Positions 1-11,262 are shown, counted from the whole stretch's first letter. The stretch is DNA of 53,728 nucleotides, filler included, from Jimgerdemannia flammicorona (GCA_003990765.1; 2 parts of 2 records of this genome joined end to end with filler, not necessarily neighbours in it); one strand, 5' to 3'. A program made the numbers and translations. Notes: generated by a model not told the origin, from the sequence alone.

Positions 1-30
<30 letters not shown>

Positions 31-35
<5 letters not shown>

Positions 36-1131
36 TAAATTACCCCAGAGACAAGAGTGAATAAACCTCAGTCCAAAAAGTTAAAGCAAATCAAAGAAGT
101 CTCTAAAGATTGGGCATTGGTCCCTTTTCCCCACTCTGGTCCACTTTCCGATACAAAGATTGATTGGTTCACTTGCCAGATAAGCCTGAAGTTTGCCACC
201 AAGTTCAAGGAAGAACTTTGCTGCTGTTTCCAAGTTAGAAAGCCTAAAAGAAAGCCACCTTGTTTAAGCCAGTTTCTGATGCAACTTTGCAGTGAATCTG
301 TTCGCACAAATGAAGCCAGTCTTTAATGCAACTTTGCCAAGAGACCCTTTCCCAGCCAAGCTGCCGATTCTGAAGAATATGCGCCATCGTATTCCCCGAA
401 GAGCCCGCCGATTCAGGAAGAATCTGCGCCATCCGAGTTATTTCCCAGAAGTCTGCCAATTCAGGAAGAATCCGCGTCATCTGCCATCTTCAAGTTATCT
501 GCATTCCCAGTTGAAGCCGCTGATTCAGGAAGAATCTGCATCATCCGAGTTATCCATACCATCTGAGTTATTCGTGGTTCCCAGTGAGCCCGAGTTAGTG
601 AGTTGTCAGTCACCAGTACAATTCCCAAACATCCTGCATAAGGAACCTGCCACGCTACACAGAGATCGCCACCACCCAAGAAGGAAACTGTTAAATTGAC
701 AGATCGTCATGCAGAAATCAGAGATCATCACTCAAGAAGGAAATCGCTCACACTATACACGAATTCTGCCAATTCCCAGTTGACCCGAATAAGGAACTCA
801 GTCGCACTACACAAGACCATCACCCCGAAATTGTATACTTTTGGAGATTGCCTTGCTACACGAAATTGTGGCATTCCCAGTTGACCCAAGAAGGAAACCC
901 GTTCACACACACACACAAATCATCGCTACACCCAGAGAACTGTCCGAATTAGGGAATCGACATACAAATCACTTGCAGATATCCTGCTTTGACTATTATA
1001 CCACTAAACACTAAGGACCTCAGGAATTATAGAACATTTTGTTGCTTTTTGACAAAGTAACTGGGGGCTCAAGCCAAACTACATCAACCCCCAACCTTGT
1101 AATTTGTCTCCATTGAGCCGGGCGCATTACA
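31..1131 (+). repeat. E1 5' LTR (partial, U3 missing)
   Basis: Colinear with ~8956-10055; ends ...CATTACA directly before the PBS. Confidence 0.95.
361..560 (+). repeat. Four imperfect tandem units (core CCGATTCAGGAAGAATCYGCG) in the E1 LTR; also at ~9285-9480
   Basis: Units visible at ~362, ~406, ~453 and ~518; each contains a GATTC...GAATC inverted pair. Confidence 0.85.
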
Positions 1132-1133
1132 TT

Positions 1134-1150
1134 TGGGGGCTCAACTGGGA
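1134..1150 (+). promoter_or_regulatory. Primer-binding site, tRNA-Pro type
   Basis: TGGGGGCTCAACTGGGA 2 nt after the LTR end; resembles the tRNA-Pro PBS TGGGGGCTCGTCCGGGA. Confidence 0.75.
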
Positions 1151-1199
1151 AGATTTCAAAATCGACATGACTTTTCAGCTCACAAGAACCCACAGTCAA

Positions 1200-3180
1200 A
1201 CTGGATACATTTGATCCAACACCAACCTCTGCTACTACAGGAGAACCAGTTATCACCAGTATCTGGACAGGAAGAGAAATAATTACATCAAGACTTGCCA
1301 ACTACCCAGCATCAGAAGGTTCCCAACCAGAAGGCAGTACAGCCCAAAATCTGCAACCAGATCAACCTGACAATACAGGCAGCCCTGCTAGAAATTTTGA
1401 AGAACTTGCACAAGAACTAGAGGATTTTATCACACAAACCTGAGACCTTCCAGCCAGACACCCCATACCAGCCCCACCAATTTCACCAATAGAACCCTTA
1501 CCACAACCTCTTGTAGAATTAGAAGTAGCTCCCACAAGGATACCTAGATTTATTCCACTTTGTCTAAGGTCCAGAACACCATCCTGAAGACACCCAAGTA
1601 TCCACATCTCGAGTAACAGTTCAGAAAGTGAATCAGAATCAGAATCCAAACCCAGACCAGAATCAGAAGAAAGTGACAATGAAATGGCCACCTCATTGTC
1701 AACCTTTGCAGAATACCCAGAGGAAGACCCCAGAGAATTTCTTGATGGAATTGAAGGAATCGCAGCCTTGAGAAATCTCTCAGATGAAAGAAAAATCGCT
1801 ATCTACAAGGATCAGCTCAGAGAACCAGCCAGAGGAATTTTTCATTGAATAGCAAATAATGCAGATTCAGAACTGGCAAGACAGATACAAGCAGCAATGT
1901 CTTACGAGCTAGAATATGAGACCATGGTCCACTGGCTCATTAAAAAGTATGCAGGAAATGAAACCCACCATAAGGCTCAAGAATCCATCATGGGGATGAA
2001 GATGAATCTTGGAGAATCACCCAGAGCCTTCTTCACAAGAATCCAGAAGAGAATGCATGCTGCTGGGTTCAATGTCACCAATCAAGATATCATCAGACCA
2101 ATGACCTTCATGAATGGAATTCCCTCAAACATTGCCCAGCATGTTCACATCCTAGACATCAGAAGGTCTGAAGAACAAGTAGATGCAGTCCAAGGATTCT
2201 TTGATGTCAGACAAGGAACTATCTGGAGCGATCATGACAGAAAAGAAGAGAAAGAAGACATCCTGGTCAAAGCCCTACAAGGACTCCTTCAAGGACAAGA
2301 AAGATCTGAAGAAAGAAGGCCAGTCAAGGAAGGAAAGAAGGACAGAAGTGAAATCCAAGAGCTCAGCTCCAAGTTGGACCAATTGGTTGGACAGATTGAT
2401 AAACTCACTATATGCGAAATTGGAACTATCAAGGTGATAGAGGATACCCACCACAGAGGAGTCAAGGTTATCCACCTAGGGATAACAGGAGTTATCAGCA
2501 AGAAGAAAGAAGATACCCCACCTGAGACAGAGCCCAAGTCCAATGCTTCTACTGTGGACAATTTGGACACTATGTCACTAAATGTGACAATAAAAGAAGT
2601 GACCAAAGGGACTCAGAACCATCAAACTGAAGGAATGACACTCAGTACAAGAAGACTGAAGCCCATCCTGTGGAAGATTTTGAGGAAGAGAGCAATAATA
2701 AAGACTACAGTGACCTAGACTTGTACTCTACCAAGATCACCACCTGAAAAACAGTCTACCCAGTAGAGAAGAGGAAGAGACCTATGGGAAGGCCATCCAG
2801 AAACATCAGCAGAAGAATTATTTAAGAGGAAGATGAAGAACATGAAGAAGAGCTGGAAGAAACACCTCCCTGAAGCCCCTCACCTTTTGTCCCTGAGATA
2901 AACAAGTTGCTACCAGAAGATGAAGAAATGGAACAAGAAGAACAGGAACCTGCTGCTCCAAAGCCAAAGAAGAAGTACACCCCAAAGACCATGCCTAGGG
3001 ACATTTACAATGAAGCTTGGCAGAAGATTCAGGAAGCCAAGATGGAAGTCCCCCTCCTGCAGTTCTTGCAACTAACACTAGCTGGAGTTCGAAACAAATT
3101 GCTGAGAACAACCAGGTCTAGCACTGGCCAAGTCCCAATCCCACAGCAAGAACCAGCTCCCATCCCTGTCCAAGCTGCTG
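1200..3180 (+). pseudogene. gag: E1 Gag with CCHC zinc knuckle (start uncertain)
   Basis: Capsid-like ORF 1897-2718 (GESPRAFFTRIQK); CFYCGQFGHYVTKC at 2544-2585 after a frameshift. Confidence 0.85.
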
Positions 3181-3189
3181 AAAGACATG

Positions 3190-3545
3190 TCTGGAGATAT
3201 TGGAGGACAAAAGGCGAAGATCCTTATAGACACAGGAGCAGCTGTCTGTGTTATTGCCAAATGATTCCTGGATACCCTCTAATGGCCCATTGATGGACCA
3301 TCCAATCTTAGCATCATAGTAGCAGATGGAGCCCAAACTCAACCCCTTGGAGAAGTACAAAATATCACCATTTCTCTTGGACACATTCAGTTCTCTATCT
3401 CCAAAGCTGTTGTCACAGAAGCTGTTACTTATGACATGATTCTTAGCACCAACTGGATGAAGGAAATGAATGCAGTCAATGATATTGGTCAATAAGTACT
3501 CAAGTTTGATTACCGAGGCAAGAAGTACAGAGTTAAGATGACCAG
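3190..3545 (+). pseudogene. pol: E1 aspartic protease
   Basis: KILIDTGAAVCVI (DTG at 3229-3237); YDMILSTNWM. Confidence 0.92.
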
Positions 3546-4839
3546 TTATGAGTAATCAAAGAAGAAGAAGGTCACTATTCAGGAAGAATATGCCAGCAGT
3601 GAGGAGTCTACTATAGAAGAAGAAGAAGAATCTGAAGATAGAAATGATCCCAGACTCAATTCCTGGATTACCCTGGTAGATGACAGACCAGAAAACAATG
3701 TATGGGTCAAGAATACTATCCCTATCACCATTGGAGCTATTGAAGGAGAAATCAAAGGATGCCCCACCTGCCTCAAGAGATACAAGTGTCCTGAGCATTC
3801 CTCCAAGATCATGGGAACAAAGAAATCACCTGGCACAGCCTGCTCAGAGTGCAGAAGGAAGAAGAAGAAATACAGACATGTTCCAGAAATACCTGCAACT
3901 GAAGCTACAGAAGTATAAGCAATTTGGTATCAAGAATCAACTGAGGAAGAAAAAACTTCTGACCAAGAAGTTTCTGAACAAGAAGCATCTGAAGAAGAAG
4001 AGGTCCCTGAACTCATCCCCTGGAATGATCCTCGCTGAACACTACCTGAAGACAATGACTCTTGGAATATGGAAGAAGGACCCAGTATGACCACCATTAT
4101 CTCCAAGAAAGAAACTCACCAAGAGAGGGCTTTTCGACTAGGAAGATATCCACATCAAATGATCTTCTCCTCTCTCCAAGACTACTGCTATCAGTGTCAT
4201 CTGTTGGACCAACAAGAAAGACAGAGACCCCAGAGACCAGAACCTCCAACTATACTTGCATAGTCAACCACCTTTCAAGAAGTTACCACAAGGTTACAAA
4301 GTCAATTCAGGGGGCAAGGCTTCTTCACCTGGACAGAAATATATCCCTTATCTACTCTTCCACCCACCTATGATCAAGATGGGTACCATTTCCCAAGACA
4401 ACAAGAGATCAATAACTGAGAACAACATTTCCAAGCAATGGGATATTTCAACCATAGAAGACACCCAGACTGCCAAGACTGCAGGCATCAGAAGATCCAT
4501 CTCAGTTATGATGTTACAGTCCACACCTTGAAGAGAGGAGATAACTGAAGCCAGATCCGAAAAAGCCAAACCAAAAAGCCAAGAAGAAGAACCCTCAAGA
4601 TCTATGATTTAGATGACTATATCCTGGCTCTCATCAGACATACAAACTGCCAAGGATGGGCAGAAGATACCACCAACTTCATGGATGCCCTTGACCCTAC
4701 AGGAAGAAGGGGAATCAACTATCTCTGAGACCCCTCTACTGGAGCCAGATGGCCACATCTCAACCTCAGAGCCTGGAGGCTCTCTGCTAGTGGAGCCTCA
4801 GCCCTAGGACAGCCCGAACTCAGCAAGGATATTGCCCAG

Positions 4840-5243
4840 TATGCCCTGCTGCACCCCAAGGCCAAACCCCTGACCAAAGCCCACCCAGAAGATGTAGGAT
4901 ATGATCTTCATAGTCTGGGGGATGAATTTATCAAGCCTGGAAAAACCTTCATGATCAGAACTGGATTAGCCATACAGCCACCCCAATGATCTTACATCCA
5001 ACTGACCTCAAGATCTGGACTTGCCAGACAAGGAATAACTGTGGAAGGAGGAACCATTGACCCAGGATATACAGGTGAAATCAAGGTTATCCTATACAAT
5101 AACAGTGCAGAATGGCACCGAATCATTAGAGGACAGAAAATCACCCAAGCAGTCTTCATGAAAGTCAAGACCCCACAGTTACAAGTAGTCTCTGAACTAA
5201 CTGAAGGAACAAGACAAGCCAAGGTATTTGGAAGTTCAGATAG
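4840..5243 (+). pseudogene. dut: E1 dUTPase domain (trimeric type)
   Basis: Motifs DVGYDL, SRSGLA, GTIDPGYTGEI, KITQ and RQAKVFGSS in order. Confidence 0.93.
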
Positions 5244-5633
5244 GAAAGAAGTACATCTCCTCCAAGTCAACCATCTCAAAAGGAATGCTCCCCAGCAAGT
5301 GTACCAACAACCAGTCAGACTGCACAAGAATCTGATCCTGGAGCCCGGAGAGCAAACAACATTCGAAATCTTTGCACCACCCGACCCCAGAAACCTTTTG
5401 TTTGAACCCAAGGAAGATATTCCCCATCTGGACATAGAAGGACACACATTCCCTAACAAGATGAACCCAGTACACTCCCAAGCAACCAACCAAAGTTGGG
5501 AAACCATCATCTTGCCAAAAGGAACCATCATCAGACATCTGGTACCTTTTCTCAACTGAACTCATAGGGAAGTTTATGAACTAAACCTATTGGGAAATGG
5601 CAAAAGGTCCCAGAAGAAAGGAAAGGCCCCTCT

Positions 5634-7060
5634 GTGACCCAGGAGACAGTGAAGCCTTCCACCAACATTGGAGAAGAATTGACACCTCAACAACAACAAC
5701 AACTAGCAGAACTTCTCAACAAATATCAAGATATCTTCACTACCAATTATGGCAACCTGCCATACAATCTATCATATTACTACAGCGTAAATATAGGAAA
5801 TGCAACACCCACCTGGCAGAAACTCTATAGAATACTCATCACTTAAAAATATTTGAAAAGGAGCACATCCAAGAACTCTTAGACAATGGAGTCATCCGAC
5901 CCTCTATCAGCCTTTGGGCTAGTCCTATACTTATTGTGCCAAAGAAAGGAGGATGGAGACTTTGTGTGGATTATAGGAAACTCAATTCAGTCACTGAAAA
6001 GGATGCCTATCCTCTGTCCAGAATCGATGACCTTTTAGATCAGTTATAAGATGTCAGATACTTCAGTAGTATGGACCTCTTTGCAGAATTCCATGAGATC
6101 CCCATGGACCCCAAAGATATTCAAAAGACAGCCTTCCTTGCTCTAGGAAAACTGTTTGAGTACCTCCAAATACCCTTTGGACTTTGCAATGCACCCCCCA
6201 CCTTCCAGAGGATGATGAATTCAGTCTATGCCCCCTTGATCCATCACTGCTTAATTGTATACATGGATGATTCCAACATCTATTCAGCAAATTTTGAAGA
6301 ATATCTGTACCACCTAGAGGAATTCTTCAAGCTCACCTGCAAAAACCACTTGAGACTGAATGCAAAGAAATTCTACTTTGGGAAACAGAAACTTGAATTC
6401 CTTGGATTCATAGTCTCAAAAGAAGGAACCCATACAGACCCAAAGAAAACTGAGAAGATCAACAATTGGCCAGTACCCAAGACCCCAAAGGAAACACTAT
6501 CATTCCTGATGCTAGTATCCTACTACAGAAGGTTTATCAAGGACTTTGCCCAAATCGCTGCCCTAATCCAAATCCTTCTCAAGAAAGGAGTACCATTCAA
6601 ATAGACAGAATCACAAGAAAAAGCCTTCATAGAACTCAAGAACTGCATGACTACAGCACCAATCCTTGTGTGCCCCAATCTACAGAAGCCATTTATCTTG
6701 TACACAGATACTTCTAAAGATGGCCTTGGAGCAGTTCTAGCCCAAGAAGGACTCAATCAATAGCACCATGTGATAGCTTATGCAAGCAGAGCTACCAATC
6801 AGCAGCAGATGAACTATGGTAGCACCAAACTAGAATGCCTTGCAGTTATATAGGCAGCCACCCTGTTCAAGCATTACCTTATCAGAAAAAGGTTCACTCT
6901 GATCACAGACCATGCAGCTCTCAAATGGCTATTCAACTGCAAGAAATCCACTGGAATCCTAGCCCACTGGATTCTTATCCTTCAGGATTACAAAATCACC
7001 ATCATCCACAAAGCAGGGAAAGCTCACAATAATGTTGATGTACTTTCCTGCCAACTCCAA
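5634..7060 (+). pseudogene. pol: E1 reverse transcriptase + RNase H
   Basis: [29 protein letters not shown] (6260-6271), LYTDTSKDGLGAVL, TDHAALKWL. Confidence 0.96.
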
Positions 7061-7089
7061 TTAATCAGAAGAAAGGTGTCCTGAGGAAC

Positions 7090-8110
7090 TACACTCTAAA
7101 GGAAGCTCCTTAGACCATCAAGGCACAAGAAGATCTTATCTGAAAAGAACATCAGAAAGCCTACCAGGGACAGGCAAATGTAGATGAAAAGCTGAGAACA
7201 ATACACCAACATTGGCCCCACCTCAGAACCCAAGTCCAAGACATCATCCAGAAATGTGACACTTGCCAGAAGTACCAAGAAAAGAAGAACTATCAAGCCC
7301 CTTTGCAACCAATTTCCCCACCCACTCACATCTTTCAGAGATGGGGAGTAGACATAATTGGACCTCTACCAGTTATACTGAGAAGAAACAAATACATTCT
7401 TATATTCATAGAATATCTGTCCAAGTGCCCTGAGGCTTTCTCAATGGAGATCACAGATGCCTTAACTATTGTAGGCCTTCTTCATAGACTCACACTCAGA
7501 TATGGACCCCCAGAAGAACTCATCTCTGACTGAGGTACAGAATTTATCAATAACATAATCACAAGTTATGCTCGAATTCACAAGATCCACCTCAAACAGA
7601 CCACATCATACCATCTCCAAACCAATGGCATGACAGAAAGAATGAACCAGACTATTAAGAATGGACTTGCCTAAGTCAATTCCACCAATTGGGACCTCTG
7701 CTTACCTGAGATCCTATGGGAAATCCAAAACACCCCTGTAGCTTTGACCAAACAAAAACCATTCGAAATGATGTTTGCCAAGAAAACCAGAACTGCTGAT
7801 CATGAAAATCTTGGAGATCTCCTCAAAAAGGCAGAACAGTTATGTAATCAAGCCCAAGGTCAGATTATCAAAGCCCAAGAAAGACAAGAGAAGTATTATG
7901 ACCAAAAGCAGAAGGATCAGGAGATCAAGATTAGAGATCAAGTACTAGTTTGGAGAAGTATGATTGAAATGAATTTCGCTGCCAAACTGGAACCCAAATA
8001 GGAAGGGCCTTATCTTGTATACAATGTCAAAGGAACTAGCATCTATTTAAGAAGCATGGATGGATGAACCCTAAGAATACCTGTACACATCAATCACCTC
8101 AAACTATATC
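7090..8110 (+). pseudogene. pol: E1 integrase
   Basis: CDTCQ, WGVDIIGPLP, EELISD(R)GTEF, QTNGMTERMN, EGPY. Confidence 0.95.
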
Positions 8111-8638
8111 TCCCTTCTACACCTCGAGTCAAAGGATTGATCAGCACCTCCAGACATTGGTCCTCAGCTCCTTCCAAGCCCTACCAGTCCCTCTACCCCA
8201 ATTCGGCCAAGCTAATGGAAGCCCCCTTCAGAGGATCCAAGTTCATCAAGAAAATCTCACCCTGGCCAGATGACTACTACAAGTCCACCAACTGCAGGCC
8301 TATTACACAATAGGTGAACAATTGCAGAACCTTCCAGCCCCAGAGCAGACCTACATCAGGAACACCACAGGTCTGACCAGAAGAGACACTACTGCTACAG
8401 ACAGACTATACACCATTTACAAATGAATGTCACAGCCCTGACATAGACACAATTCTCCCTGAATGATATCCAAGAAATGAACCCTATTACCTATTTAAGC
8501 ATCATTAATTCTGTCAAAATCCTATTCCCTGAAGAAGAAGAAGAGCCCATAGAATGGAGTGACCCTAGTATAGACAATGAAGATGATGGAACAGGTATAG
8601 ATACAGAAGCAGCCTATGCCTATTGGGATGATGACTGA
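8106..8638 (+). pseudogene. E1 3' accessory ORF of unknown function, acidic tail
   Basis: Reads LQAYYTIGEQL...TATDRLYTIYK...LNDIQEMNPITYLSII...EEEEEPIEW; similar ORFs at the same position in E2, E3 and E4. Confidence 0.7.
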
Positions 8639-8677
8639 AGGATTGTCTGAGACAGACTACCCTTCAGTGGGGGCTAA

Positions 8678-10055
8678 TGTGACAAATCAAAACATACTAC
8701 CTGAATTATACCTTAGCCAGATGATGTGAACACACAGCATAGTAACCAGTAACCATTGCTGCAGAAAACTATATAAATAGCCAGACATACCAGAAAGAGA
8801 CTGTTTACCTATACAGACTCTGTACACCATACAGACTCTGTACACCATACAGACTCTGTACACTGTACAGGTCCTATACACCATACAGACTCTGTACACC
8901 AGCTATAAGTAGCAGATCTATAGTTAGCCACATAGTAACCAGATAGCAACCAACTTGTATAAATTACCCCAGAGACAAGAGTGAATAAACCTCAGTCCAA
9001 AAAGTTGAAGCAAACCAAAGAAGCCTCTAAAGATTGAGCATTGGTCCCCTTTCCCCACTCCGGTCCACTTTCCGATACAAAGATTGATTGGTTAGCTTGC
9101 CAGATAAGCCTGAAGTTTGCCGCCAAGTTCAAGGAAGAACTTCGCCACCATTTCCAAGTTAGAAAGCCTAAAAGAAAGCCACCTTGTTCAAGCCAGTTTC
9201 TGATGCAACTTCGCAGTGAATCCGTTCGTGCAAATGAAGCCAGTCTTTAATGCAACTTTGCCAAGAGACCCTTTCCCAGCCAAGCCGCCGATTCAGAAGA
9301 ATCCACGCCATCGTATTCCCAGAAGAGCCCGCCGATTCAGGAAGAATCTGCGCCATCCGAGTTATTTCCCAGAAGTCCGCCGATTCAGGAAGAATCCACC
9401 TCATCTGCCATCTTCAAGTTATCCGCATTCCCAGTTGAAGCCGCCGATTCAGGAAGAATCCGCGTCATCCGAGTTATCCATGCCATCTGAGTTATTCGTT
9501 GTTCCCAGTGAGCCCGAGTTATCGAGTTGTCAGTCACCAGTACAATTCCCAAATGTCCTGCATAAGGAACCTGCCATGCTATACAGAGATCGCCACCACC
9601 CAAGAAGAAAACCGTTAAATTGACAGATTGTCACGCAGAAATCAGAGATCGTCACTCAAGAAGGAAATCGCTCGCGCTATACACGAATTCTGCCAATTCC
9701 CAGTTGACCTGAATAAGGAACTCAGTCGCGCTACACAAGACCGTCACCCAGAAATTGCATACTTTTGAAGATTGCCTCGCTAAACGAAATTGTGGCATTC
9801 CCAGTCGACCCAAGAAGGAAACCCACTCACACACACACACAAATCGTTGCTACACCTAGAGAACCATCCCAATTAGGGAATCGACATACAAATCGCTCGC
9901 ACATATCCAGCTTTGACTATTATACCACTAAACACTAAGGACCTCAGGAATCATAGAACATTTTGTTGCTTTTTGACAAAGTAACTGGGGGCTCAAGCCA
10001 AACTACATCAACCCTCAACCTTGTAATTTGCCTCCATTGAGCCGGGTACGTTACA
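8678..10055 (+). repeat. E1 3' LTR (1378 bp, TG...CA)
   Basis: Starts TGTGAC after the PPT-like AGTGGGGG; ends GTTACA. Confidence 0.93.
8811..8900 (+). repeat. 18-bp tandem repeat x5 (ATACAGACTCTGTACACC) in E1 U3
   Basis: Directly visible. Confidence 0.95.
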
Positions 10056-11262
10056 GTATATAGTTTACTATAAGACTTATTTCTTTATTATATTTCTGAA
10101 ATTTAGATCTCAGAAGAGCATTTGTGAGAAAATCTGCAATAATATATTCTTTGGGAATATATTCTAAGTATATTGTCTCATTCTCTATCTACTCTCTTAT
10201 ATAATAGTACTATATATTGATATGTTTTATTTTGAAGTGATATATATAGTTCTTTATCATAGTAATTATAGATTGATTATCCTAATAGAAAAGTATAGAG
10301 TTTTATTACTAATCAAAGTCTAGCTTCTTTAGTAATTAGTATAGTCAAATAACTTTCTTTATTATAGTAGAAAGGTCTTAATATTCAGTTTAATTAGAAG
10401 AAGTTATTATGAAATTCTACTTTTATATTTGTTATGAAATAACTTCTTTATTGTTTAACTGAAAGAATTATCCAGTTATAGATCAGTAATTATCTAAGTC
10501 TCTGATCCAATTAGCATTATACATACTAGATAGTTATATATCATTATTACTATTATTATTATTATTATTGCTTCTACTCAATCTGCTGAGAGTGAGTATA
10601 TAGTATACTATTCCTTTAATATATCTGAAAATTCTCTTATATAATAGTACTCTCATACATATAAATTATCATAATATAATGAGTACTATACTATCTTATT
10701 TATAGTATAAAAAATATTGGTTCTTATTTCTAATATGAGATATATGAGAGAACTAACTGCTTATTAATTGAAAATATTATCATTATTATTGTTTACCTTG
10801 AATTTTTTTAAATTTATAGATATATTTATAGGAGTATTGATAGACTTACATTTACTTATACAAAATTATTTTTGGATAACTTAGATATAAGCTGACTGTA
10901 AATGGTATATAGTGCATATATATACCTATTATATATAATAGATATCTCTAAAAGAAAGGATATATTATCTATATTAGTCATTTTAAATTTCTTATATAGT
11001 GTTTCTTTAACTCTATTAAGTTTGTTTTTCATTATAATAATAATTATATTATCAATCTAAATATTAATAAAAGTCACTCTATCAGTATAGTATTAAATAT
11101 ATATATAGTTATTTACTTTATAGTATACATATATAGCTATTATTAAGCTGATATTTATAATTTTCTATCCTTCAAATAGGCTGCTTGATAGATAATTCTT
11201 TATATATTTGATATATGAGGTCATTGTTCTGCTCATATCCTTATATATGGCTCTATATCTAT

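Larger units (their letters stand above)
31..10055 (+). mobile_element. Ty3/Gypsy LTR retrotransposon E1 (gag-PR-Cys/His domain-dUTPase-RT-RNaseH-IN-3'ORF), degenerate; 5' LTR cut by contig start
   Basis: Direct repeats 31-1131 and ~8956-10055; domain order PR-RT-RH-IN; PBS and PPT present. Confidence 0.97.

Noticed and set aside
1..30. Terminal poly(A), and poly(T) at the window end, as telomeres or retro-tails
   Set aside because: Both interrupt Gypsy elements at contig ends and have no visible flank. They may be tails of unassembled non-LTR insertions, but this cannot be tested here.
292..699. Arg-rich 135-aa ORF open in both E1 LTRs (Rev/Tat-like RHRIPRRARRFRK)
   Set aside because: It begins at GTG, and the Arg-richness follows from CpG-rich tandem repeats. 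Two related LTR copies are not independent evidence of coding selection.
8106..8638. 3' ORF as an envelope gene
   Set aside because: Too short; no signal peptide, furin site or transmembrane anchor is visible in any of the four homologues.
8687..8899. MYRVCMVYR repeat protein
   Set aside because: Antisense translation of the 18-bp U3 tandem repeat.
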